A stretch of 64,000 nt of DNA from Lepidodermella squamata (Eukaryota; Animalia; Gastrotricha). Below the pieces are notes generated by a model. The model was not told where the DNA came from and ran no database searches. It saw only the letters and a program-made list of their open reading frames with translations. The stretch is taken from the NCBI GenBank assembly GCA_047495785.1, contig JBLDXI010000004.1, forward strand, positions 806,001 to 870,000, in the 5' to 3' direction. Both the position numbers and the translations under genes were made by a program. Of the stretch, positions 23,217 through 35,619 are shown piece after piece; within the stretch, counting starts at the first letter, position 1, and each line of letters opens with the position of its first letter.

Positions 23217-25641
23217 ATGTTAATCAGGTCTATCACTTTGATTTTGGCGATCGCTTTGATAGACCCAGCCTGTGCTAAAAAGAAGGCTGTTAACTGGGTT
23301 CGGTGCTTCTCGCAGTTGAATGAACAATTCAGCAATTGCATCGAAGCTGCCAAAGCCTGTGATCAACTTCTCGATTATCAGGTGAGTTTAATCTCAACAA
23401 TTCAGTTTTTATACCGCATTGATTTTACTTCACAGTTGGGGTCAATTTTCTTCCGAGTTGGCAGCTGCTATCGCGGCGTAAGACAATTTTCTAGTTCATT
23501 TATAATTTAATTTCTCAATTTTTTCATTCAACAGAATGCCCGAATGTGTTACAAATACGAAGCGCTGACACCGTCTTGCGTACCTGGAAATATTGGCTGT
23601 AACTCGCTAGATGAGATGGACGTTAGTGATTGATAAATATCGTCGGCCCTGGTTGAACGCGTTGTTTCATTTACGCTTGTAATTTCAGCTCTTTTGGTTC
23701 GGAGATCAATCGGCGACCTTAACTTTCAAATTCAACTTCAACGCTTGCGTGGCTAAAAAAGCTGCCTTCAACGTAACTAATATCCAACTAAGATTCGATG
23801 CATATCAAATTTAACTTTCTATTCCAGAATCTACCATTCCGGCGCTGCACTTCCAACAACGTCACGAAAACGCGTGTTCCCAATCCTATCAACTGCCCCA
23901 ACAACTGGGTGAGTTTTTGCTAATTTGTCTAATTTTCTAATTTTTTTAAATGTTATTGCTGCTTTTAACAGGTGACTGAACCCACTGTATACCCGAACAT
24001 GGCTTTGTGCACCAACGGAGAAGGTAAGCCTTGATTACGTCTAAATCCAGCCACCTCACTAAGCTGCTGGAAAGCCCTAAACTAAATTAATAATCTGTAC
24101 TTGAACATCGGCGTAAATTCAGCATTTATTTCTTGCTCCTAGTCACTGTCCCGATCACCGAGACTCCGCACATCCGCTGTTTCGATGCTACGACTGACCA
24201 ATTCAACGATTGCCGACCCCAGAGCAGCGGCTGTTTCAGCAACAACGAGACGCAGAAATACTCGACAAGCGTTTACAACAACCGAGAAAACTGTCTCGTT
24301 GGGGTGAGGCACTTTTGTTGTTTCTATTTCTCCATGCAAATAACTTTGATCTACTGACAGAAAGCGATTCGATGCTTGGATTCTGCTGGGAACAAGTCTT
24401 GCTACGCGATTTGCCCGCGATCCTTCACTCAGGTTTGTTTTCGGGATGTCCGACAGAGTCTGTACATTTTTCTTCATTAGGACATTTTTCAACTCATTAG
24501 GATACGCTGTATTCGGGCAGTCAAAGCTTCCAAGTCAACCATGACGCTTGTCGAGCTGCCTTGGCACCGCCAGTGAGTTCAGAAAAAAATATTTACGATC
24601 AACTCATCAATATATGGGAAAACATACTCTTTTTTTTTCTGTTCTATACGGAAAATATTTGCACGTTGTGGGACTAAAAGTATTCCAAACTAATCACCCA
24701 ATTCAAAGCATTCAGTACTGATTTTGCACAAATTGAATTCTACCAAGAATTCACGACCTTGTCGTGCTCTTTGAATAGTGTGCGAAGTAGGATCCGGGAG
24801 CTGAGGTTCTATTTGTTTTCTTGGACCCAACTGAAGAAACCAAAGGGTTTTTTGAGTATCTCTCAAGTTTTAGTCCCGGATTCCTGTACTTCGCACCCTG
24901 TCTTTGAATATGACGAGGAAATTTTGAGAAGGCTCCGAGTTGTATTTTTAGGAAACATTTCAGATGAGCGTCATTTTATGTGTTAAATAGGGATTTTTTC
25001 CAATTTTTCGACAATTTTTCGAACAATTACTCGCTTCGCTCGCAGATGTCACTTTCAAGTCTGTCAATCCTTTTCGATTGGAACTCGACAATTTATATGA
25101 TACTTGACTTTTTAGCAATACTTGAGTAGTAACCCTGGTCTCTTGTATAATATTAGATTCTAGGTAGAATTAAATCAGGAATATGATATCATACGTGAGC
25201 AAATTCATAGTTCATAAATTCTTCAAGCTGTTTTTTGCGTCTATGTCAGTTGCATCATTTGGGTTTTCATGGACCTTTTTGTAGGCCGCAATATTTTCTC
25301 GCTTTACTCGCATAATTACATGCTAGACATTGCACTGTCACTTCCGAGCAAATTAACCCTCGAAACCCTAATTTAATAACCAACCATCCGCTTAAATGTG
25401 CACTCGAAAACTTCATCTCTCGATCATAGAGGCGTGCGGCCAGGAAGGTCCTATTTTATCATTACCAGCGGCCGGTTGAGGGTTCAAGAGGCAATGCGGC
25501 CTGAAAGGTTGCCAGCCGGACCGGGATCGAAAATAGTTTGAGATGATAAGACATTCAGAGAATTGTACTTTATTAATTGTTTAATTCCAGCAGGTTACTC
25601 CCGGCTATGTTCGCTGTGTTACGGTTTTAGACCTGCGATAG
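23217..25641 (+). CDS. Subtype D copy D', truncated: signal peptide + 5 four-Cys repeats, no CTLD
   Basis: Exons 1-9 splice in frame (MLIRSITLILAIALIDPACAKKKAVNWVRCFSQ...). Exon 10 follows D1 for 10 codons (QVTPGYVRCV), then runs into unrelated sequence and stops at 25639-25641. One Cys>Arg in exon 5. May be a pseudogene. Confidence 0.7.
24776..24900. mobile_element. 125-bp hAT MITE with 8-bp TSD in D' intron 9
   Basis: TSD TCTTTGAA on both sides; TIRs TAGTGTGCGAAGTA / TACTTCGCACCCTG. The paralogous intron at ~52020-52060 shows the empty site. Confidence 0.88.
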
Positions 25642-26411
25642 TTTCAGCCGCCAGCGATAGTTTCTCCAATGCCTACAAAATATAGCTATGTTGATAAGTG
25701 AAATAATCCTGTTTAGGACAATTTTCACCGTTGGCGCTTTCTCAGCCGATGACGCTGGTTGGCGCGAAAATTCTTCATATCGGCGCTGATGAAAGAAGCA
25801 CATATGCAACTCAATTGAAACAATTTAAGCCTTTAACGATTTCTGATAGCTCTAACACCTTCCTTCATTGACCTTTCACCACGTCGTCCGGCGTGGACTT
25901 CAAGGTTTCCTGGAATCTACCGCGTTTTTCCAGGATTGACTTTCTCGCTCTCAACTTCTCCGGGCATAGATTCGGTTTCTTTCTGTCGTCTCTCGCGGTC
26001 TCCGTAAGTTTTACCGGAAAGCATGTTGACGATGATTGGCGCATCTAAATACGGGCGAAAATGGCGTATTAATTGATTTGATGAGTTAATTTAATATGTC
26101 CTGCTTTTTATGTTACTTTGATGATGTTGATTACTGTCGCCCAGTGAGCTGAATCAGGTAGTTTATGTAAACAGCGACTTCAGAGTGTGAGACTTTTGCT
26201 GGAGACTTACAAATTCTAAATTCACGTATATGTTGTGCATTAATATCATAAATTCAACATTTTCAAAATTGAAAGAGAGGTGTGCGCCATAGTGTGCGGA
26301 AATCACGGCACACACCTGCAATATGGCTACGAGGACTTTTTTCCCTGTTTTTTCACGTAAAATACCTCGGCTCCTCGGCTGTTTTTTTAACGACGATACA
26401 ATGCTCCTCGA

Positions 26412-26452
26412 ACGACGGAACACGGGCGACGACAACGGGGAGTTCCCCGTCA
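26412..26452 (-). mobile_element. Terminal fragment of the HINE-like family at 55281-56330
   Basis: GACGGAACACGG...CGACAACGG..AGTTCCCCGTCA is shared with 56293-56330. Confidence 0.55.
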
Positions 26453-27183
26453 TCAAAAAGTAGTCGATGTCCCTAGAAGTGCTCTAATTACTGACCTTGC
26501 TCCTTTGTCCTGGTTAGATTCGATGACCGCAATGTGGCTGATTGGAATGACACAATGACTCACATTATGGTCCGCGCCGTTATAAAATTTCCCATAGATT
26601 GTGCATGAATTTTGAATTCTTGAAAAATGATTCAGGAAGGTCAGTGAACCTCCGGCGGTTTCCGGCGAACATCGATTTCGTCGTCTTCCAACAGGTCGCC
26701 TCTTATCCGAGGTGATATCGTTCGTGTTGCGACGTAAGAGACCTCGTTAGGCAGTACTTTCATGCTGTTTGTAATAAAATACTTGGTACTGGTATAGCTA
26801 CTTTTTATTTGCCGGTAATAGCATCATTATTGCGGCGCATCCGATACCGAGCGGTTAAAACGCCTACCAGAATGCGTACTGCACACAAACGCTTCAGACA
26901 ATTTCTCCGTTATCATGGCTAAATTCTTAAGATCAACCAAATTTATCTCCATCTTCCTTATTTCATAATCGTTCCGTTGGAGCGTAGTCTAGGATAATTC
27001 CATCAATTTTTCTCAAAATCCATAGGCTAAACTCATAGGGTAAACTCTCTCTCTCTCTCTCTCTTATGTTCCACTTATTGTTCAAACATGACCAGAGTCT
27101 GCGTTTGAATGGGCATACTTTCATAGTTTCCCATTCCCGGAAAATTTCCCAGGAATTATGGACCAGCTGAGCCAATGTTTCTA

Positions 27184-27650
27184 CTGATTCTGATTCTGAT
27201 TCTGATTTTATTAAGCATTTTGTTTCACAACAGTTAGCAATAGGTTAGTTCTCGGCGCCTCACCTCAGAGGTCGTAAAATCCACTAGTTCATCTGACTTA
27301 GATTTAAGATATCGCAGAAACACAGTATGAGAATTATTGACAATACTTGAGGGCAGCCGGTTCCACGCTGCGCGCACACGCCTTGTAAAGCTGAACTGAG
27401 AGCTCGGATGTTCAAATCGTTTCATCACAACAGCATGAGCTGGAAAACGGGGATTTGAAGATATTTTGAAGAATGTAGAATAGCTAGCATCCACACAGCC
27501 TAGGTACATTTTATGGCATAGCGCAAGGTCATGTTGAAAGCGTCTGATTTCAAGAGGACACAGTCCTAGTTTTTTACATCTTTCATAATACGAGGCACCG
27601 TCAATCGATGAATAGTAGTCACTTCTATACAAAAGGCGTTTAGTGAACCG
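27184..27650 (-). mobile_element. 5'-truncated CR1/L2-group LINE 3' end
   Basis: ORF2 C-terminus YYERCKKLGLCPLEIRR..DL..CHK...FSFTRRVRAAWNRLP, then AATAAA and a short (AATCAG)n tail. Confidence 0.8.
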
Positions 27651-28589
27651 GGCTACTATTCAGCCCTTAAATCATGAAACTGCTAAGAAAGGACTTTTTA
27701 CGCTATTGGTTTTAATATAATTTGCGGTTATCCTTCTCCATTATCTCGCATTTTGATATCCTTCTTCAATTTTTCGCTTGAAAAAGCGATCACATCTTTT
27801 TCTGATCAATCGAATTTCATGTTTATCAAATATGAGCAGTTGATCTGTTGCAACAAACTGAACTAAAACCTTGCCCGAAGCTCGCGGAATCGCTGAGATT
27901 TGCAGCCACACGAGGTCAATAGTAGAATCACACAAAGTTAACGAAGTTGGTAGCATTCAAGAATTGCTAGGATGACTTGTATTCCTGCATCCTAAGAAAG
28001 ATAGCGGATTGTCTTGATAATGTGATCTGGTTAGCGATTTAGCGATGATTGATGATTAGCAATTAGCAACGAAAGCGCCGTATTTGATGAATGCTTGACA
28101 TGCAACTCGCTTGACATTATTCGTATACGACAAAACGTGATCCACCATTCAAGTTTGGGTTTCACGATTTTTGCGCGGACTTCTTACGGAAATACTACGT
28201 CACATTTATTCCGATGGTGCCGTCATCGATTCTTGAAAATTACTAGTTCATTTCGGTTTTAAGTGATACATTTTCAGAAATCTTCACAGACCGCTTGTCT
28301 CCTAATTGCGAAACTTCAAAGATTTATCCGCTAAAGCTTCCATGGACGAGATCTACTTCCAGTAATATTACGTGTTCACAAATATCATTCTATAATTTAT
28401 CGTAGAATCAAAGGAGTTTTTTTAGAATGGCTCATTCTAAAATAGCTAATAATGATTCATTACTATCTTATTCCAGTATCTCCCGAAGCTATCTAATTGT
28501 ACATCTAATAGTACAGTAATATTACATCCAATTAGCTGCTGTATTAAATTTTAATTTCTGCATTGTTGATAGGATTATTTTACTTAACC

Positions 28590-29500
28590 GAACCACTAAT
28601 GATCGACGCTAACACGTCCATCCCGCCCTCCAACCCGGCGAAATCATCAAATATTGGGGAACCGATTTCTCGGCCCTGATCGACTTCGATACCGCATCGG
28701 CTATCAGCAATCTGAATAAGAACTTGAATAAACTTGTCGCATGCACCTGGCTTCGCGGAGATCAAAAGCTCACGAGATCAACCCTCGTGTACCCTCTACA
28801 AACCGCACCGCTGAACAAGCTGCCGCGATCATTCCTGGAGAATGTGGACAAGATAGTCAGATCAGCCGTGAAGGGAGTGCTCCTCCTGCCAACCCCGACA
28901 CCCGACGCATTCCTTTACGCCGCCAGGCGCTGCCGCGGACTCGCAATCAGGCGAGCATCGTGGGAGGCGTTCATCCAACACTACGCTATCTGCATGAAGC
29001 TTGCCTCGATCAACAACGACCAACTCGAGAAAGCTGACCCTACCCGACGACCGCCAGGCAACGAGCCGCGATCTCAGGAAACCGAAACGCGATTCGTGTT
29101 TTAAGGAGTGGTGTTCGAAACCCACAGGTGAGGGCGCTGTGTTGTTCAAGGAATATCGCGCGGGTAACAACCTGATCCTGAATAAAACCGGCCTCTCGTC
29201 GAGCGAGTACACCTGCGCAATTAAGATGACGGCGAGATCTGTGTCAGTGAGAAGCAGTAAGTTTGCTGCAAGCGACGGGACCACCACTGCGGCGCTGAGA
29301 AAGAAACTCTTGGTCATGTCCTCGGCGCTTGTCATTTCAACTCGCTGATGATCACCAGTCGTCATGACAAAATCCGCTCGATGATCGCTACGGCACTACG
29401 GAAGAACGGGATGAAAGTGCACGAGGAAGTCGCGGTAAAGGAGACAGACGGCGCGTGGAGACGAGTCGACATCATCGCGTACGATCCGAGGACGAAGGAG
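28590..29500 (+). mobile_element. Decayed RLE-type (R2/NeSL/Hero-like) non-LTR fragment
   Basis: Post-RT region DKIVRSAVKGVLLLP...FLYA..RGLAI; CCHC knuckle CKRRDHHCGAEKETLGHVLGAC; restriction-like endonuclease motif RHD...HEE...RRVDII. Several frameshifts. Confidence 0.82.
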
Positions 29501-30805
29501 GGAAAATTAGCGAAATTGCGGCAAAAGGTCGCTACTATACTATTGCTGAGTGCTGGCTCTTCCGATATTATTCAACCTGTTATCGCCATTTCTGTTGAAA
29601 CAAAGTGTGATAAATTATTCTCTTGGTTTCATTTCATTTCTTCATTTTCAATTGTTTCGCTGCGTTGAAAATAAAGATGGACGGCACCGGGTCACGGATA
29701 ATAATACTTTTTCATTGGTCTCGGCAGCTCGTTTTTGCTAACTGTATAATTTTCAATCGAAGAATTGTAGAAGAGCGCGAGAAAACTTTGAAGAATTTTG
29801 GGAAGGATAAGCGAAGAAGATGAATTTATCTTCTTTTATCTTCAAGAGTCCAAGAACGCAAGATAGCAATCGCAGCTAATGGCAATTTTATAGCCCTTGA
29901 ACCGAAGATAGTAATTTGGGATGCAACCGCTCCACGGTTGTAAACAGCCGCAATATAGCCGTATAATGATATATAGAAATATGCGCTAGCACTGGCGGTC
30001 TCTTTCATCGCAACACGAACGATATTCGCAGATGCGCAGGAAAGCATCATCGCTACAAGGAGTCGAAAGGCTGCCAGATGCCAGTAGCAGAGATAGGTGC
30101 TAGGAAGCGACTTTCTGTGGCCAAGCAGCCGCCACCATCGTACACCAAAGTATTCGATCGGCGCGTTCCATCAAACACCTCACATCGATAAAAGCTTGAG
30201 AAAACATAATTAATGATTTAGCTAGAAGAAATTAACGAAATCCTCACTTGATTTTACAGGTCGCCAATTACAGGTCGAAAGGGTTTCAAAAAGGAGACCG
30301 CTACCCCAAGAATACTAGATACAAATGATTACATCGAAGATCGAAAAATCGAAGCTTTAAAAATCGAATTCTCGAAAAATGAAAATATGGCCAAAATAAA
30401 TAAATTGTCAACTAAGCGAATGATGGTCCATCTCATTAAATTTCCGTGTTAGAATCGAGAGAAATTTGTTGATCTCGTTCTCCTTTTTCGCCAACAAGAC
30501 AAAACGTGATTGTCCACGCCCCAGTCACATCAAAGCGCATGGCAATTTTTTTATAATTGGTCAATTTAGGTCATTTTTTGTCCTAATTGTACTATTGCGT
30601 AACTCCTCTAACAAAGCGAACAAGGTCGTATTCCGAATTTACGCAAACAGTCAAATTATTGTCCTGTGACTCATTTGCACGATTTAGTTGCAAATCTACG
30701 TCATTCTGAATTTTCCCTGCGATTTTTTAAGGAATATCCATGGTTGTGTCTGCTTCTATCTAAAAAAGCTTGATTATAACATTGCGTACCTCAGTTATGT
30801 TAGGC

Positions 30806-33800
30806 ATGATGAATCTTTTCCTTTCAATTATCCTATGGCAAATGATAGCCTCATCGCCATCGTTGGCAGCGAGGTCGCGATGCTTCTCAGTTTTTAATAG
30901 CGAATTTAACGGCTGTAAAAATAATTGCTCATATCAGCTAGAGTACCAGGTGATCATCGAATGTTTGGCTCCATCCAAGCAATTGCTTTATTTTCTTCTG
31001 TTATTAAAGACTGGGGTTCCATTTTCTTCACGGGAGAACTGCCGAAACGGGGTGAGTTAACACTTATCATTAGGTTCTTCATTCTTAAATTCGTCAGATT
31101 TTTCTTCGTTGCAGGACGCTATACTTTGCTACAACTACAAGACTTACAGCGTTAAATGCATTCAAGACCGATTCAAATGCAACGAGCGCCAAGTTTGTAA
31201 CCAAAACATAAATGCTGATAAAATCTGATTTCTCTGTCGTAGGATCCAGGAGACGAAGCGACGTCGTTTCGCAATCTGGAAGCATGCTTGAGGGGTGAAG
31301 GTAAATTTGCTTAGTTTTCAGGATGAACTGTTCAAATTCTGCTAAACAGTTAACCTTGCAATTCTCGAGGATCAAAAGCCGCACATTCGCTGTGTTGACG
31401 TGAAGACTCGACATTTCTTGGGTTGCCGTCGCCGGAACACAGCCTGCTCGCCAGATGCTCAACACTTGAAAAAAATAACCCCTGATCAGGGGGCTGATCA
31501 GGGGCCTGATCAGGGGTCATAGCTCCTAGTCATTAGGGGGTAATAGCTGATCAGGGGGTAATATGCACCCTGATCAGGGGTTATATTGAAATGAACCCTA
31601 ATCAGCTCACCCTGATCAGGGGTCATTTTGCTTCCAATATTTGCTGATAATAATCACCTGTAGCGCCCCTGATCAGCTGCTGATCAGCAAATTTAGTAAA
31701 ATTTCAAATTTTTTAGAAAAATGGCAGCCTTTTTCATTTTCATTTTTATATTATTTTTTGAATAGCCGGTTGATCAAGATCCGCCCACCCTGGTTCCATC
31801 CATGCCATCGGTGTTATGGTATGCCACCGGACGCGGCAACTACCTAAACATGGCAGGGTCTTATGATGGCACTTGGTAGAGCCACTTGTTAGAGAGAGAA
31901 GGACTTATTGCTAAGTAAACAGCTGAAGTAATAGAGTTCGCGTGTGAAATAATTTGCTTTTTCGAAAATATGGACCTTCCGACGCAAGCCTGAATTGAAC
32001 ATGCAGCCTAATTTGCATATGCACGCTTGGTTAATTATCGAATGCACACTTTTGACCCCTGATCAGCAAAGTCATGCTGATCAGCCTGAAATGACATGCG
32101 TCGCATTTACACGAGCTACTTCGTAATTATCGATGTTAATTACTTCGGTTGTTGCATCATCATTTTTACTTTACTCGAGTGAGCGCTGTTTTTATTTTTT
32201 TGTGAAATTTTTATGGGCGCTGTTAACAAGTCACGGCAAGGCGATTTAAAACTCAAATTTTGCGGTATCAAGTCATCGCGATTTCGCAATCACATTTTTG
32301 GCTTGCACCTGATCGATACAATTCTCCTTCTGGAAACATATAAATGATCGATTTCAAAATTATGAAAATTCTTAAATTTTGCCCAAATCCTCCTAAAAAG
32401 AATGATGCAACGAATCGCGTCACTGGGGCAGTTTCCAGTCACCCTGTATGTATTAAAATACGGACAAATACTTGGAAAAAACGCAAAAATCAGAAATTAA
32501 ATCAGTAAAAATCAGAATGCGAGATTTTCTCAAGATTTTCGGAGGTTTCGTTGAGCGTTCACAAGCTTAAACTACATGGAATTTTTTATATTTTCATGAG
32601 AAAATTCCCCCTAAACTATTTTAATAATATTGGAATAGCCATCGCCGTTATTTCGTCAATTTTGATCCTCTATCTAGAAATGTCGGTTTTAAATACTATT
32701 TTTCAAGTTTTCAAATTATTTTTACTTTTTCTAGGAAAAATTCGTAAACAAATTCGTATAATTTCTTTTCATAGCAAGCTTGAAGCGAGGCATGCATGTA
32801 GACCTCAGTCGAACTAATTTAGTGATATTTCTTCACGAACAAGTGCGAAATATGATGAATTTGTTTAAAAATGCATAAAACCACGCATTCAGTCTTTCGT
32901 GAAAATGATTGCATAACAGTGAAAGTAATTAACTTGGATAATTATGGGTAGTCTAGTGTAAATGCGACGATGGATTATCAGCTGGCGACTGTTGATTATC
33001 AGGGGTTGTCCCTTTTTCGTCCTGATCAGCAAAATGGTTTAAACAGGTGACCCCTGATCAGGGGTTATTTTTTTCAAGTGAACTATACGCGCCTCGGGCC
33101 TTTTGCCAACAAAGACTTGTGCCTTAAAGGGGTGAGTCATTAAGCCGTGAATTGACGAAGGTTGTCTCTCAATTTCGTTTCATTCCAGACTGCCGTGCTT
33201 TGCAACACCAGGTCGGGCAAAATTTGCAGCGCTTTTCGCGAAGAGGAATCGCAAACAGTATTGTTTGAATTTCTGTTCATGACTCAGTTTCTTAACGAGT
33301 TTTACAGGAAACCATTTACTCAGCTTCACAAGACTTCCCGACAAACTATGCTCAATGTGAACGGAGCCGAGTCTCTTCTGGGAACCATACAGTTTATTTT
33401 TCTTCTTGAATTCGTAAAATCCTATGGAGACTTGACCGAAAGAGCGTGCGAAGAATTTCACTGTTGCAATAACGGATGCTGGAAGATTTACGCAAGACGA
33501 TGCTGGAAGAGCCTGTTCGAACAATACAAACTCTCGCTTAGCTTTGATCAAAACTGAAGCTCAACGGCAAGCTGTCTACGCCGCGATGACGAACGCCTCG
33601 ATCACCACTGCTTACATCGGCTTGTCGAAAACCAAGGACCAGTGGCTGTGGGGGGACAGTTCAGCCTATGCTGACATGCCACACTGGGCACCTGGCTTCC
33701 CGTCAGAGGCTAAGATGAACCGATGTGTTGGGATGGCGAGCATCCTTGATGCAGCTGTGCAAGTGACCAATGGATCTTGCGTTTCGCCTTCATTTGCGAA

Positions 33801-33810
33801 ACTCTCTGAC
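30806..33810 (+). pseudogene. Subtype A copy A3, four-repeat variant, interrupted by a DNA element in exon 7
   Basis: Starts MMNLFLSIILWQMIASSPSLAARSRCFSVFNSEFNGC. Exon 3 is followed directly by an exon-6-type exon. Insertion at 31463-33080, +1 frameshift at ~33097, and a deletion near the CTLD end. Confidence 0.82.
31463..33080. mobile_element. Non-autonomous CMC/CACTA-like DNA element
   Basis: ~30-bp TIRs CACTTGAAAAAAATAACCCCTGATCAGGGG; 2-bp TSD AA, and removing the element restores GAT GCT CAA CTA TAC GCG; many subterminal CTGATCAG palindromes. Superfamily assignment is inferred. Confidence 0.85.
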
Positions 33811-33929
33811 ATGTTTTTGATATCTCTCTACAAATTATTATTGACTTTTGTCCTCCAAATATTTAGAGCAAGCTTAGCTTCACTTTTTTTTAAATTAGTG
33901 AAAGCTATTAACATCTTCCGTGTTTCTAG

Positions 33930-35415
33930 TCAGACATTACTTTCCCTGAATCCGCCGATTGCGAAAAAGGGGTGAGTTGGAAAATATTTTTCCCGAATGT
34001 TCTTTTAATTTCTTCACTGTGAAGAGAGCTCGGCTTTGCTACAACTATGTGGAAGTCAGCTATAGGTGCATCCGGGGCCGATTGCAATGCAACAGAGCCA
34101 ACGAGAGCCAGGTTCTGCTTTTCTGAAACTTTTTCAAACTTTCAATACCTTCAATCAATTCGCAGGCTGATTTCTACGATCGAAATGAAAAATTTGGCGA
34201 TAATTGGGCAGAGTGTATGAATGCCGCAGAACGCTTACCCGTGAGTTGAAATTGAAATTATACTCAAAATGAATTACAATTGCCTTTCGTCTTTTCAGTT
34301 GCAGCCATCTGAACGCTGCTTCTCTGGTGGCAATTTCGTTGCGTGTTTCCCTTTCTCTCTTGGCTGCCCACTAAACTTGGTAATTTGACAACGGGAATGT
34401 TATTACAGACATTTTTTCGTTTATCAAGGACTTTGACAGGGATCTACCTACCTACGGCAATCTGGACTTGTGTTTGAGGGGAGTAGGTAAAGTTCAGGCT
34501 GACAAAATCTAAATATGTTCAACATTTATTTTTTTCAGCGCCTCCTTCTGTTATCGATGATCAAAAGCCGCACGTTCGATGCATGAATGAAAACACTGGC
34601 GAATTTGTAGCTTGCCGCCGCAAAAACACAGGCTGCTCACCAGATGTTCAGATGAACGCGCCGCGACCCTTTGCCAGCAAAAACATGTGCCTGAATGGGG
34701 TGAGTAGTAAGTACTAAACTTTCAACCAACCGACTTTTTTCCCATAGTTGAAGTTCAAATTGTAATATTGCTGAAATAAACTATATTTTTGTGACTTTTT
34801 CAGAATGCTGTGCTGTGCAACACCTCTGCCGGCATCAATTGCCGGTCGTTTCGCCCCAGGGAAACTCACATAGTTAGTTTTGAAATAACTGTTTTTTGTA
34901 TTTTTCATAAAAAGTCCCTCATAGATAACGATTTATTCTAAATCGAAAGACTTCGCAACTAACTATGCTCAATGTCTACGACCCACCGTTCGCGATTTTG
35001 CTTCTTTCCCTTCCTCCAACTGAATATCCTTTTTAAGCCTGGGACAAGCTACGCTGTTATGCGAGCGAATGCTGAATTATTTACGCAAGACGATGCTGGA
35101 AGAGCCTGTTCGAACAATACAAACTCTCGCTTAGCTGTGATCAAAACCGAAGCTGAGCGACAAGCAGTCTACGCCGCAATGACGAACGCTTCGATCACCA
35201 CCGCTTACATCGGCTTGTCGAAACCTAACGACCAGTGGCTGTGGGGTGACAGTTCAGCCTATGCTGACATGCCACCCTGGGCGCCGGGCTTCCCGTCAGA
35301 GGCGAAGATGAACCGCTGTGTTGGGCTGGCGAGCATTCTCGATGAAGCTGTGCATTTGACGGATGGGTCTTGCGTTTCGCCTTCGGCCAGCGCCTATATC
35401 TGTGAGACTTTGTGA
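33930..35415 (+). pseudogene. Subtype A copy A4: exons 2-10 open, exon 1 (signal peptide) missing
   Basis: SDITFPESADCEKG / RARLCYNYVEVSYRC... / CTLD ending ASAYICETL splice in frame. No exon 1 in the ~120 nt after A3. Confidence 0.78.
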
Positions 35416-35619
35416 TGCGCCTCAATATTATCGTCAGCAATTGATATTTCTTGACTTCAACTTACTCTTTCTTCTTTTTACTTTATGCAAACTCTTTCCT
35501 CAAAACAAGCGTAACCAATTTAAGCAAGATGAGCTCAAATTATCTCCCTGTAAAAATTCTTCGCTAATGCAATATTTTTTCCCACTCGCATGTGGCTCAT
35601 TTTCATCATGTTTTAGAAT

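Noticed and set aside
25642-30400. Other coding-looking patches (25650-26050, 27740-28400, 29830-30200)
   Set aside because: Probably decayed transposon sequence, but I could not read a diagnostic motif, so no call is made.
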